From an uncultured Saprospiraceae bacterium (GTDB lineage: Bacteria > Bacteroidota > Bacteroidia > Chitinophagales > Saprospiraceae): DNA of 27,311 nt. Made by a program: the position numbers and the translations under genes. A model generated the notes under the pieces. It did not search any database and was not told where the DNA came from. It worked only from the letters and a program-made list of their open reading frames with translations. This document shows positions 16,955 through 25,143 of the stretch, one piece after another. The stretch is from the NCBI GenBank assembly GCA_937864255.1, contig CALMIT010000609.1:1-27311 (forward strand), in the 5' to 3' direction. Within the stretch, counting starts at the first letter, position 1. Each line of letters begins with the position of its first letter.

Positions 16955-17978
16955 ATTTGACAGATTTAAGAAAAAAATCCAAAAGTGCCTGCGCCGCTTC
17001 AAAAGGAGAGCGCTTTTGCTCGAGTACTTCTGCTTCCGCTTGTTTCAATTGTTGTTTGATGATTTCGTTTTCAAAAAAAGAACGCTCTAACCCTTCCCGT
17101 AAACTTTGATAAAACCAATAACCCGCCTGTTGCTTTCTGTTTTTTTCAAAAAATAAATTCTCTTTTGAAAAAGCGTTAAATGATTTAATGAGTGCCCAGG
17201 TTTCCGCTATGCCCGTCTCATAAAGTGCCGAGCAGGTCATAAATTTCGGAACCCAACCACTTTCCTTCGGCAATAAAAAGTGGAGCGCATTGGCATAAGC
17301 CTGTCTGGCTTGTTTGGCAAGATTAAGCCGTTCACCGTCTGCTTTGTTTACGATGATGATATCCGCCATTTCCACGATACCTCTTTTGATACCCTGCAAT
17401 TCATCCCCGGCGCCCGGCAAGAGTAACAACAAAAAAATATCCACCATGTAATGTACCGCCGTTTCTGACTGTCCGACGCCCACGGTTTCTACAAAAATCA
17501 CTTCGTAGCCAGCCGTTTCGCATAGAATAATGGCCTCTCGTGTTTTGCGCGCCACTCCGCCGAGCGACTCTCCTGCCGGACTCGGTCTCACAAATGCCAG
17601 CGGATGGTTGCTAAGTTTTTCCATCCTCGTCTTGTCCCCCAAAATGCTGCCTTTGCTTATCTGGCTGGTAGGATCAATGGCGAGCACAGCCACCTTTTTG
17701 TTTTGATTTACCAAATAACTCCCCAGCGCTTCAATGAAAGTACTTTTCCCAACGCCCGGCGAACCGGTGACCCCGATACGAATAGATTTCCCGGAATGGG
17801 GCAGGCAATAGTTTATAAGTTCCCGGGCTTGTATTTGATGATCCGCACGGGTACTTTCGGTTAATGTAATAGCCTGACCAAGTTTAATGCGATCGCCCCG
17901 TCGTATTGCTTCCGCCATATCTGCAATATCGGGCAACCTTTTGTGGGGTGAATCGAAATGTAGATTTTGTTCTGACAT
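16953..17978 (-). CDS. meaB: Methylmalonyl-CoA mutase-associated GTPase MeaB (ArgK family)
   Basis: Motifs 'GVTGSPGVGKST', 'LAIDPTS', 'GSILGDKTRM', 'ETVGVGQSE', 'GDELQGIKRG' and 'NKADG'. Confidence 0.96.
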   Translation of the reverse strand: MSEQNLHFDSPHKRLPDIADMAEAIRRGDRIKLGQAITLTESTRADHQIQARELINYCLPHSGKSIRIGVTGSPGVGKSTFIEALGSYLVNQNKKVAVLAIDPTSQISKGSILGDKTRMEKLSNHPLAFVRPSPAGESLGGVARKTREAIILCETAGYEVIFVETVGVGQSETAVHYMVDIFLLLLLPGAGDELQGIKRGIVEMADIIIVNKADGERLNLAKQARQAYANALHFLLPKESGWVPKFMTCSALYETGIAETWALIKSFNAFSKENLFFEKNRKQQAGYWFYQSLREGLERSFFENEIIKQQLKQAEAEVLEQKRSPFEAAQALLDFFLKSVK

Positions 17979-18006
17979 TTATAAACACATTAAAAGCGAT
18001 CAACCA

Positions 18007-18930
18007 TCAAGTCCAAATGGACGTCGGATACAAGCCGGTTTCTATCATTTTCAAAATTGCATTTTCTACAATCGGCTTGTCTTCGCGGTAAGTCACTCCG
18101 TACCACTGGTCATCATTTGGTATTACCAGTAATTTCAGTCCTTCCTCGTCTATCATCCGGTTAATTACCGTGGGTATATAAAACTCGGATTTAGGATTGT
18201 CGAGATTTTTGTCCACGTACTTTATAAAATCTTCTTCTATCACTTTAAAAATGGAGGGATGGAATCCCCAAAAATTCATGGAAACCAAGCTACTTTCCGG
18301 CAAAGACACATCGGCGCCGTTTTCATCCGTGAATAAAATTCCTGAATTTTCTCTCCGTATTTTATGTCGCTCCGTCACTGTCGTCAAATAATTATCTGCG
18401 TCCATTTTACAAACACCTCTCGACACCGTACCATGATCGGAAAGCGTGCGACCAAGCACATACCCCATCATCGAAAACAATCCCGGCGTGCATTGAGCGT
18501 TCAGAAAATCCGCCATTTTTCGATAAGCCTCGATACCATAATAATCATCGGCATTGATCACGGCGAATGGCTCACGGATATATTCAGCGGCTACCAAAAC
18601 GGCGTGGGCTGTTCCCCAGGGTTTTTCTCTTTTAACTTCCGGCAACAATCTGGCAGGGACGGCCGATTCGGGCTGCTGAAAAACGTGCTCCACCGCGATT
18701 TTGCCTTCCCACCTGGAAGATATTTTTTCTTTAAAAGCAGCCTCAATATCTTTTCGGATGACAAAAACAACTTTACCGAATCCGGCGCGCATGGCGTCAA
18801 ATATCGAGTAATCAATAATCGCCTCGCCGGACGGACCTACGCTGTCCACCTGTTTAAGTCCTCCGTAACGACTACCCATTCCGGCAGCAAGAATGAGCAA
18901 GGTTGGTTTTGAATTTGCATTAAAAGTCAT
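18007..18930 (-). CDS. Sugar-phosphate nucleotidyltransferase (NTP_transferase family, 'LAAGMGSRYGGLKQ' type)
   Basis: Motifs 'PTLLILAAGMGSRYGGLKQ', 'KPWGTAHAV', 'VINADDYYG', 'VSRGVC', 'VSMNFWGF' and 'WYGVTYREDK'. Confidence 0.88.
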   Translation of the reverse strand: MTFNANSKPTLLILAAGMGSRYGGLKQVDSVGPSGEAIIDYSIFDAMRAGFGKVVFVIRKDIEAAFKEKISSRWEGKIAVEHVFQQPESAVPARLLPEVKREKPWGTAHAVLVAAEYIREPFAVINADDYYGIEAYRKMADFLNAQCTPGLFSMMGYVLGRTLSDHGTVSRGVCKMDADNYLTTVTERHKIRRENSGILFTDENGADVSLPESSLVSMNFWGFHPSIFKVIEEDFIKYVDKNLDNPKSEFYIPTVINRMIDEEGLKLLVIPNDDQWYGVTYREDKPIVENAILKMIETGLYPTSIWT

Positions 18931-19077
18931 TATTCAAAATTGATTGATCATGTAAAATATGCGGCGCAAATTTTAGTAATATTTTGCTGATTGCGAAAAA
19001 TCACCTCAGGGCTTGCTCTTTTTAAAGGTAATTATTTCCTTACTTTGCCTATTATTTCACATCTATAAAAAATAAAA

Positions 19078-19584
19078 ATGATTATTTCTAAAAATACAGT
19101 GGTCAGCTTGCATTACAAATTGCAGGAAAACGATCCGGGCGGGGAAGTGATAGAAGAAACTTTCGGCGGAGAACCACTCGTTTTTTTATACGGCGCGGGT
19201 AATATGATTCCTGAATTTGAGAGGCAGCTATCCGGCAAACAAGCCGGCGAAGCATTTGCCTTCGGTATTAAAAGCAATGAAGCTTACGGCGAATTTAATC
19301 CCGAAGCCGTGGTGCCGCTGCCGATTGATTCTTTTATGATTGATGGAAAACTGGCTGAGGATTTATTGGAAATAGGCCGCGTAATACCGATGAGAGACGG
19401 CAATGGTAACCAACTTTACGGTACTGTAGAACAAGTGGACACGCAAGAGGTTATTGTTAATTTTAATCACCCGATGGCGGGCGTTGATTTATATTTTACC
19501 GGCATTGTAAAAGAAGTCCGTACAGCTACGGAATCCGAAATCGCGCACGGTCACGTACACGGAGCAGGCGGTCATCATCATTAA
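19078..19584 (+). CDS. slyD: FKBP-type peptidyl-prolyl isomerase SlyD
   Basis: Motifs 'VVSLHYKL', 'EAYGE' and 'NFNHPMAG', ending in a short His-rich tail HGHVHGAGGHHH. Confidence 0.93.
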   Translation: MIISKNTVVSLHYKLQENDPGGEVIEETFGGEPLVFLYGAGNMIPEFERQLSGKQAGEAFAFGIKSNEAYGEFNPEAVVPLPIDSFMIDGKLAEDLLEIGRVIPMRDGNGNQLYGTVEQVDTQEVIVNFNHPMAGVDLYFTGIVKEVRTATESEIAHGHVHGAGGHHH

Positions 19585-19638
19585 ATTTTTGAAAGCACAT
19601 CTTAATCTTTTTGCAGTTTTAAAAAATCTTTTCAGTCA

Positions 19639-20679
19639 ATGGAGCATCAGATAAATCAGGAAATAAAGCAGGTATTTGCGGACTGGCCCAAAATGTTTCA
19701 TAAATATGCTCAACCTGATACAAAAAAAGCGATCATACAAATCTTAAGCTCATTTCTGCCTTTTGTCGGACTTTGGGTTTTGATGTACATAAGCCTGGAT
19801 TATTCATACTGGATTACCTTTGGTTTGGGTCTGTTGAATGCATTTTTCCTGGTCAGGATTTTTATCATTCAGCACGATTGCGGCCACCGCTCTTTTTTGA
19901 AATCCAACACGTGGAACAAATTGATTGGCTGGTTTTGCAGCGTCTTTAGCGCTATACCTTTTAAATATTGGGCCCGGGTACATGATTTTCATCACGGACA
20001 TAGCGGGCAGTTGGAGTACCGGGATATCGGCGACATTCACACGCTTACCGTGGAAGAATTTCGCAATCTTTCAGCTTGGGAAAAATTCAAATACCGCGTT
20101 TTTCGAATGCCCTTGATTACTTTTATCGTGGGGCCTGTATTGTATGTTTTTATAAATAATCGTTTTCCATTGGTAGGATTCAACGGCTGGCAAAAAACCC
20201 ACCGCTCATTGTATGTCAACAACGCACTTTTGCTCGGCGTTTATCTCGGGCTTGGCTGGTTGTTGGGTTGGAAAGAATTTTTACTGGTACAGTTTACCAT
20301 TATTGTTTTATTTGCCATTATCGCTGTCTGGTTTTTTTATGTGCAACATCAGCACGAACACAATTACAAACATTGGAAAGAAAGCTGGGAGTATCTGCTG
20401 GCCGCTATTCGAGGAAGTACTTATTACAAGCTGCCCAAATTATTTCAATGGTTGACAGGAAATATCGGCTTTCACCACATCCACCATCTCAATTCCAAAA
20501 TCCCAAATTATCACCTGGAGTGGTGTGCCCGCGAAAATCCTATTTTACACAAGTATGTTACAGAGGTAACTTTTCCGGAAAGCCTGAAATATATGAACCA
20601 TAAACTTTGGGATGAGGCTTCCGAAAAAATGATTTCATTTACCACGTATTACCGTCTGGAAAAACAGTTGGGTACATAG
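19639..20679 (+). CDS. des: Membrane acyl-lipid fatty acid desaturase, Bacillus Des-like
   Basis: Three His boxes (HDCGH, HDFHH, HHIHH) plus 'FFYVQH' and 'YKLPKLFQWLTGNIG'. Closely resembles B. subtilis Des as recalled; regiospecificity not established. Confidence 0.88.
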   Translation: MEHQINQEIKQVFADWPKMFHKYAQPDTKKAIIQILSSFLPFVGLWVLMYISLDYSYWITFGLGLLNAFFLVRIFIIQHDCGHRSFLKSNTWNKLIGWFCSVFSAIPFKYWARVHDFHHGHSGQLEYRDIGDIHTLTVEEFRNLSAWEKFKYRVFRMPLITFIVGPVLYVFINNRFPLVGFNGWQKTHRSLYVNNALLLGVYLGLGWLLGWKEFLLVQFTIIVLFAIIAVWFFYVQHQHEHNYKHWKESWEYLLAAIRGSTYYKLPKLFQWLTGNIGFHHIHHLNSKIPNYHLEWCARENPILHKYVTEVTFPESLKYMNHKLWDEASEKMISFTTYYRLEKQLGT

Positions 20680-20706
20680 TTTTATCCTGAAATAAATTCA
20701 AACTCC

Positions 20707-21321
20707 GTGTTTACTGGCATAATAGAATCCGTCGGTTCAGTTGTAAAAATTGAGCGCGAAAAGTCAAATATTCATTTCACGCTGGAATCTCCTATTTCTA
20801 ATTCTTTAAAAATTGATCAAAGTTTGTCGCACGATGGTGTGTGCCTGACCGTGGTAAATGTAGAAAATGGAAAACATACGGTAACTGCGGTGGAAGAAAC
20901 CCTGCTCCGTTCCAATCTTTCGGACTGGAAAGTGGGAAGTCTTGTCAATCTGGAACGTGCCGCGAAAATCAATGCGCGACTGGATGGGCATATCGTTCAG
21001 GGACACGTGGATACAACCGGCGAAGTAGTGGAAATTAAAGAATCAAGAGGGAGTTGGTATTTTTTATTCGGTTTTGCGGAAGAACACAGCCACCTGCTTG
21101 TGGATAAAGGCTCGGTGACGATAAACGGGGTGAGTCTCACAGTAGTAAATCCGCTGAAGGCTGTATTTTCCGTGGCTGTCATTCCTTATACATTTGAAAA
21201 TACAAATTTTAAAAAGCTGAAAATCGGCTCGGTAGTCAATCTTGAATTTGATATTATCGGGAAGTATTTGACCAAACTGGCAGCTCCGTATTTTCAAAAT
21301 ATTTCAAAAAAAAGCTCATAA
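20707..21321 (+). CDS. ribE: Riboflavin synthase (alpha chain)
   Basis: N-terminal MFTGII (GTG start), 'SLSHDGVCLTV', 'VNLERA', 'GHIVQGHVD', 'NGVSLTV' and 'VNLEFD'. Called ribC in E. coli nomenclature. Confidence 0.96.
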   Translation: MFTGIIESVGSVVKIEREKSNIHFTLESPISNSLKIDQSLSHDGVCLTVVNVENGKHTVTAVEETLLRSNLSDWKVGSLVNLERAAKINARLDGHIVQGHVDTTGEVVEIKESRGSWYFLFGFAEEHSHLLVDKGSVTINGVSLTVVNPLKAVFSVAVIPYTFENTNFKKLKIGSVVNLEFDIIGKYLTKLAAPYFQNISKKSS

Positions 21322-22317
21322 AAAACTGCCGTTGCTTTCAGCGACCGGCAAACCCAAATGTAAAATCCTGCCCCCGGTCTGGTTTATAGGCGATATACTT
21401 TTTCCGATAACGATGCCGTCTTCGGGCGCAAAATATTCCCGGTTCAAATCACCGAAAATATTGCGCATGGTAGCTATCACCTGGCCTTTTTTCACCCTTT
21501 CTGCCAGCAGCGGCGGAACGTTTAAAATACCGCCCGTATCTGTGTAAATCCAAAAAGAGTGATCACAAATCACAGGCTCCGTGTCCGGCGACTCTATTTT
21601 ACCTTCCAGCATTTTTAAATAAACAAGCAGGTTAAAAATGCCTGTGAGGCTGGAGCGTATCATTCCTTTTTGAAATTTATTCGGATCGCCCACTTCCAGC
21701 GTGATTGCCCGAATGCCCATTGCATGAGCGGCGCCGCGGAGCGTACCATCCGAAGGCGGGTTGTGTACAATTATCTGGGCATTTTGTAAAATAGACATTT
21801 GGCGCGTCACTTCATCCCGCAAATCTGCCCTGATGTAATAGGAATTTATTCGGCCAAAACTGGCAGTATGCAAATCAACCAAAAAATTGAACTCTTTTAC
21901 AATTCTGTTGATGACACGATAAGCATATACCTGGCTCACATTTCCGTTAGCTTTTCCCGGAAAAACATGGTTCAGGTCTGCGTCGTCAATAAATCTTCTT
22001 TTGCTGCGCAAAAATGAAGGCACATTCAACACCGGCACGCCTACGATGGCGCCTCTGAGCGCTTTCACATCTATTTCTTTGAAAAGCTTTTGAACCACCG
22101 GCACTCCGTTTAATTCGTTCCCATGTACGGCGGCAGTGACGCCAACTACCGGACCCGGCTCCACGCCTTTTGCCACGATTATGGGCAGATAGGTCGGCAT
22201 CCCCATTCCGTCTTTCACTACCTGAATAAAAAATCTTGCTATAGTACCCGAGGCAACGCTCGCCACGTTCAACTCTTTAATAATTTCCACATCCAAATCG
22301 CGCAAAAAAGAAATCAT
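21316..22317 (-). CDS. Succinylglutamate desuccinylase/aspartoacylase (AstE/AspA, M14-like) family hydrolase
   Basis: Zn ligands 'AAVHGNELNG' and 'VDLHTAS', 'DLNHVFPG', catalytic 'TLEVG' and a C-terminal biotinyl-like domain. Confidence 0.88.
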   Translation of the reverse strand: MISFLRDLDVEIIKELNVASVASGTIARFFIQVVKDGMGMPTYLPIIVAKGVEPGPVVGVTAAVHGNELNGVPVVQKLFKEIDVKALRGAIVGVPVLNVPSFLRSKRRFIDDADLNHVFPGKANGNVSQVYAYRVINRIVKEFNFLVDLHTASFGRINSYYIRADLRDEVTRQMSILQNAQIIVHNPPSDGTLRGAAHAMGIRAITLEVGDPNKFQKGMIRSSLTGIFNLLVYLKMLEGKIESPDTEPVICDHSFWIYTDTGGILNVPPLLAERVKKGQVIATMRNIFGDLNREYFAPEDGIVIGKSISPINQTGGRILHLGLPVAESNGSFL

Positions 22318-22349
22318 AAAGACGTTTTTTTAAAACTGTCGTTCTGTAC

Positions 22350-24131
22350 TTAAATATTTACACACTTCCGGCCGAGCCATGAGTTCTCTTCTTCGTTCAG
22401 ATATTTTGCCAATCTGCTTTTTACTTCTTTATGATAATGGTTTATCCATTGCTTTTCCTCCGCGTCCAGCATTTCTGCCTCTATCAAATTCACATCAAAA
22501 GGAAAAAGAGAAACTGTTTCAAACTTATAAAACTCTCCAAAATTATTTACTTCGTCTTTTACGCAAAGTACCAGATTTTCTACACGAATTCCATATTCCC
22601 CCGCTCGGTACAATCCTGGCTCATTGGAGGTAAGCATACCGGGTTCAACAGGAAGCCTGGAGCGGCCGGATACCACCGGCGAAAACCCTTGCGGGCCTTC
22701 ATGCACACAAAGAAAACAACCTACGCCATGCCCCGTTCCGTGTCCGTAATTAAAATTATGTCTCCATAAATGTTGTCTTGCAAAAGCATCTATCTGTACT
22801 CCGTTTGTTCCTTTCGGAAATCGTGCCATCGAAACGGCAAGATTACCTTTCAGTACCAGCGTGTAATCTTTCTTTTGTTGAGTATGTGGCGCGCTAAGCG
22901 CTATTGTGCGGGTTATGTCCGTTGTACCTTCGGTATATTGCGCGCCGCAGTCAAGTAATAGAATGCCGCTATTTTCAATCATAGCACAGTTGTCGGGCAT
23001 CGGGTGATAATGCACGATAGCGCCATTACTCTGGTAACCGACGATAGCGCTGAAACTTTCTCCGTGATAATTTCCCATCGCGCGATGAATTTCCACGAGT
23101 TTTTCGGCTACTTCCACCTCACTTATTTTCCGCTGTGCCAATTCTTTTTCCAACCACATGAAGAGCCGAACCAAAGCGACGCCGTCCTTTTCCATTGCAA
23201 TCCTGATATTCTCAATTTCAGTTTGGTTCTTTATCGTCTTCAACGGCTCTACCAAATTAGATCCGTCCAGCCTACTTTGTTCCGGCACCTTGTTGTAAAG
23301 CCGGATACTTGTGGAGGCTCTGTCCAGAAGTATTTTAGAAGATTCGGGAATATTTGCCAAAAATGACTCGATAGAATTGTAAGGTTTGATAAAAATGCCG
23401 GCCTGAAGCAAAGTGGTTTTCAGCGTTTCGTCTACTTTGGATTCATCTATAAAAAGGAAAGTTTTTTCTTTGTTGACGACAACATAGGCAATAAAAAGCG
23501 GGTTACACTCTACATCATTTCCGCGCATATTGAGCAGCCAGGCTACATCGTCCAAAGTACTCACGAGGTAATAATCTGCTCCCTTGATTTCCATTGCCCG
23601 TTTGATTATTTCTATCTTTTGAGTCCTTTCCTGTCCTGCGTATTTCGTATCAAGCTCGAACACACTATCCGATGGCTTTGCCGGACGCGGAGACCAAATT
23701 TCGCTAATCAGATCGTGATCGGAGTTTAGAAAAATATTTTTTCCGGCGAATGCCAACGCAAGGCCACGCACCTGGTCAGCAGAAAAAAGCCAACCGTCAA
23801 AACCTACCGTGCTGCCTTCCGGCAAATTGTTTTTTAACCAATCCAGATGTTCCTGGGTATGCGGCACGACCAACTTGTGTAATTCCACAGAAGTGTTTTT
23901 TAGTTGTTGCTCTGCTTGTAAAAAATAGCGCGAATCCGTCCATAAACCCGCGTGATCTTTCGTAATTACAACAGTTCCTGCCGAACCTGAAAAACCTGAA
24001 ATCCACTCGCGGGCTTTCCAGTGATCGGCTACATACTCGCTTTGGTGAGGATCACCGCTGGGAATAATATAGGCGTCCAGTCCTTTCGCCCGCATAGCGC
24101 TTCTTAAGGCTTCTATCCTTTGTGTTATCAT
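22350..24131 (-). CDS. Xaa-Pro aminopeptidase (aminopeptidase P, M24B, three-domain form)
   Basis: Motifs 'DPHQSEY', 'SGFSGSAG', 'WTDSRY', 'DCGAQY.EGTTDITRT', 'HGTGHGVG', 'VHEGPQ', 'SNEPG' and 'GIRVEN'. Start moved from 24203 to the ATG at 24131 (MITQRIEALR), where family resemblance begins. Confidence 0.93.
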   Translation of the reverse strand: MITQRIEALRSAMRAKGLDAYIIPSGDPHQSEYVADHWKAREWISGFSGSAGTVVITKDHAGLWTDSRYFLQAEQQLKNTSVELHKLVVPHTQEHLDWLKNNLPEGSTVGFDGWLFSADQVRGLALAFAGKNIFLNSDHDLISEIWSPRPAKPSDSVFELDTKYAGQERTQKIEIIKRAMEIKGADYYLVSTLDDVAWLLNMRGNDVECNPLFIAYVVVNKEKTFLFIDESKVDETLKTTLLQAGIFIKPYNSIESFLANIPESSKILLDRASTSIRLYNKVPEQSRLDGSNLVEPLKTIKNQTEIENIRIAMEKDGVALVRLFMWLEKELAQRKISEVEVAEKLVEIHRAMGNYHGESFSAIVGYQSNGAIVHYHPMPDNCAMIENSGILLLDCGAQYTEGTTDITRTIALSAPHTQQKKDYTLVLKGNLAVSMARFPKGTNGVQIDAFARQHLWRHNFNYGHGTGHGVGCFLCVHEGPQGFSPVVSGRSRLPVEPGMLTSNEPGLYRAGEYGIRVENLVLCVKDEVNNFGEFYKFETVSLFPFDVNLIEAEMLDAEEKQWINHYHKEVKSRLAKYLNEEENSWLGRKCVNI

Positions 24132-24307
24132 TTTAGAAAAATTTTGAGAATTGCTTAAAAGTAAACAGGAATAAGAAAACACCCGCCAAAAAAAGTGGCG
24201 CAATCAGTTTTAAAGGGCGGATTGTTAAACAATGCAGTTATTGTTTTCAATAAAAAATGAAAATTATATTAATCGGGTTGAATTATTTTTATAATTAAAA
24301 TACTGGT

Positions 24308-24320
24308 AATCAATTATTTA
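24308..24320 (+). promoter_or_regulatory. IHF-consensus-like site (AATCAA-TTAT-TTA) in the aminopeptidase P / ECF divergent region
   Basis: Exact WATCAANNNNTTR match within CTGGTAATCAATTATTTA. A second exact match lies on the minus strand at 24357-24369. Confidence 0.35.
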
Positions 24321-24362
24321 ATTTTTGATTAAATTTTATAACCAATTTTTAATGTATAAAAA

Positions 24363-24395
24363 TTTGATTTTTTGTTCATCAATTATCTATTTTTG
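24363..24395 (+). promoter_or_regulatory. Sigma-A promoter (TTTG-N21-TATTTTTG) for the ECF sigma gene
   Basis: -33 TTTG at 24363-24366 and -7 TATTTTTG at 24388-24395, 35 bp before the ATG. Confidence 0.6.
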
Positions 24396-24430
24396 ATTCA
24401 ACAAAAAATTATTCACCAAAACATATAGCC

Positions 24431-24958
24431 ATGTCCACAATAGAGTTCAATAATCGGTTTAACGAGTTCACAAATATCCTTCAGGCGTTTGCCTATAATC
24501 TGACTAAAGATTTTGAAGAGTCGCGGGATTTGTTTCAAGAGACTGCCTACCGGGCATTAAAAAACCGCGATAAATTTTTGCCGGGCACTAATTTTAAAGC
24601 GTGGTTATTTACAATCATGAAAAATATTTTCATCAACAACTACCGCCGAAAAGTAAAAGCCAACACAATCATTGATACCACCGACAACCAGTTTTATATC
24701 AACTCCGGGAAAAAAACGATCGTAAATCAAGCCGAGACCAACATCATGATGAAAGAACTTTCGGGAATGATTGAAAAACTGGACGACAGTATCAAAATTC
24801 CTTTTGAAAGACATTATGCCGGATTCAAGTATCAGGAAATAGCCGACGAAATGGGCTTGCCGCTAGGCACGGTAAAGAGCAGAATTTTTTTCGCCCGAAA
24901 GGAATTGAAAGATATGTTGTACAAAAAGTATGGCATGACAGAAAACTCAAGAAATTAG
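24431..24958 (+). CDS. ECF-type RNA polymerase sigma factor (sigma-70 group 4)
   Basis: Sigma2 region 'DLFQETAYRAL...FKAWLFTIMKNIFINNYRR' and sigma4 region 'YQEIADEMGLPLGTVKSRIFFAR'. 175 aa. Confidence 0.95.
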   Translation: MSTIEFNNRFNEFTNILQAFAYNLTKDFEESRDLFQETAYRALKNRDKFLPGTNFKAWLFTIMKNIFINNYRRKVKANTIIDTTDNQFYINSGKKTIVNQAETNIMMKELSGMIEKLDDSIKIPFERHYAGFKYQEIADEMGLPLGTVKSRIFFARKELKDMLYKKYGMTENSRN

Positions 24959-24979
24959 AATGGTGGTAAAACTTTTCCG

Positions 24980-25014
24980 AAGGTGGTTTTCAGGCTAAGA
25001 AAACCACCTTTTTT
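24980..25014 (+). terminator. Intrinsic terminator after the ECF sigma gene
   Basis: 12-bp stem AAGGTGGTTTTC/GAAAACCACCTT with a 7-nt loop, followed by a T tract. Confidence 0.85.
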
Positions 25015-25112
25015 CGTCTAAGAAAAGCGACCATTCATCGCCCGTAGAAAGTTACTTATCAAAAACCACGAAAACTTTACACACAGAAATAGTTTCCAGT
25101 GTTTCTCTTTTT

Positions 25113-25120
25113 TACTTTTG
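25113..25120 (+). promoter_or_regulatory. Sigma-A -7 element (TACTTTTG) for the tetR-tolC-MFP operon
   Basis: Exact TAnnTTTG match 23 bp before the TetR ATG. Confidence 0.65.
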
Positions 25121-25143
25121 CCCGCTCATTTTTCAGATTTTAA

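Noticed and set aside
19903-19918. parS-like half site TCCAACACGTGGAACA inside the desaturase gene
   Set aside because: Only 12/16 match with the left arm broken, and it is explained by N-T-W-N codons. It could be a weak site but is not supportable alone.
21099-21107. Perfect DnaA box TGTGGATAA
   Set aside because: A single copy inside the ribE coding sequence (L-V-D-K codons). One 9-mer hit in 27 kb is not surprising and there is no cluster.
24132-24203. N-terminal extension of aminopeptidase P resembling a signal peptide
   Set aside because: It is not a convincing signal sequence, family resemblance begins at MITQRIEALR (24131), and the region is more likely 5' UTR or promoter.
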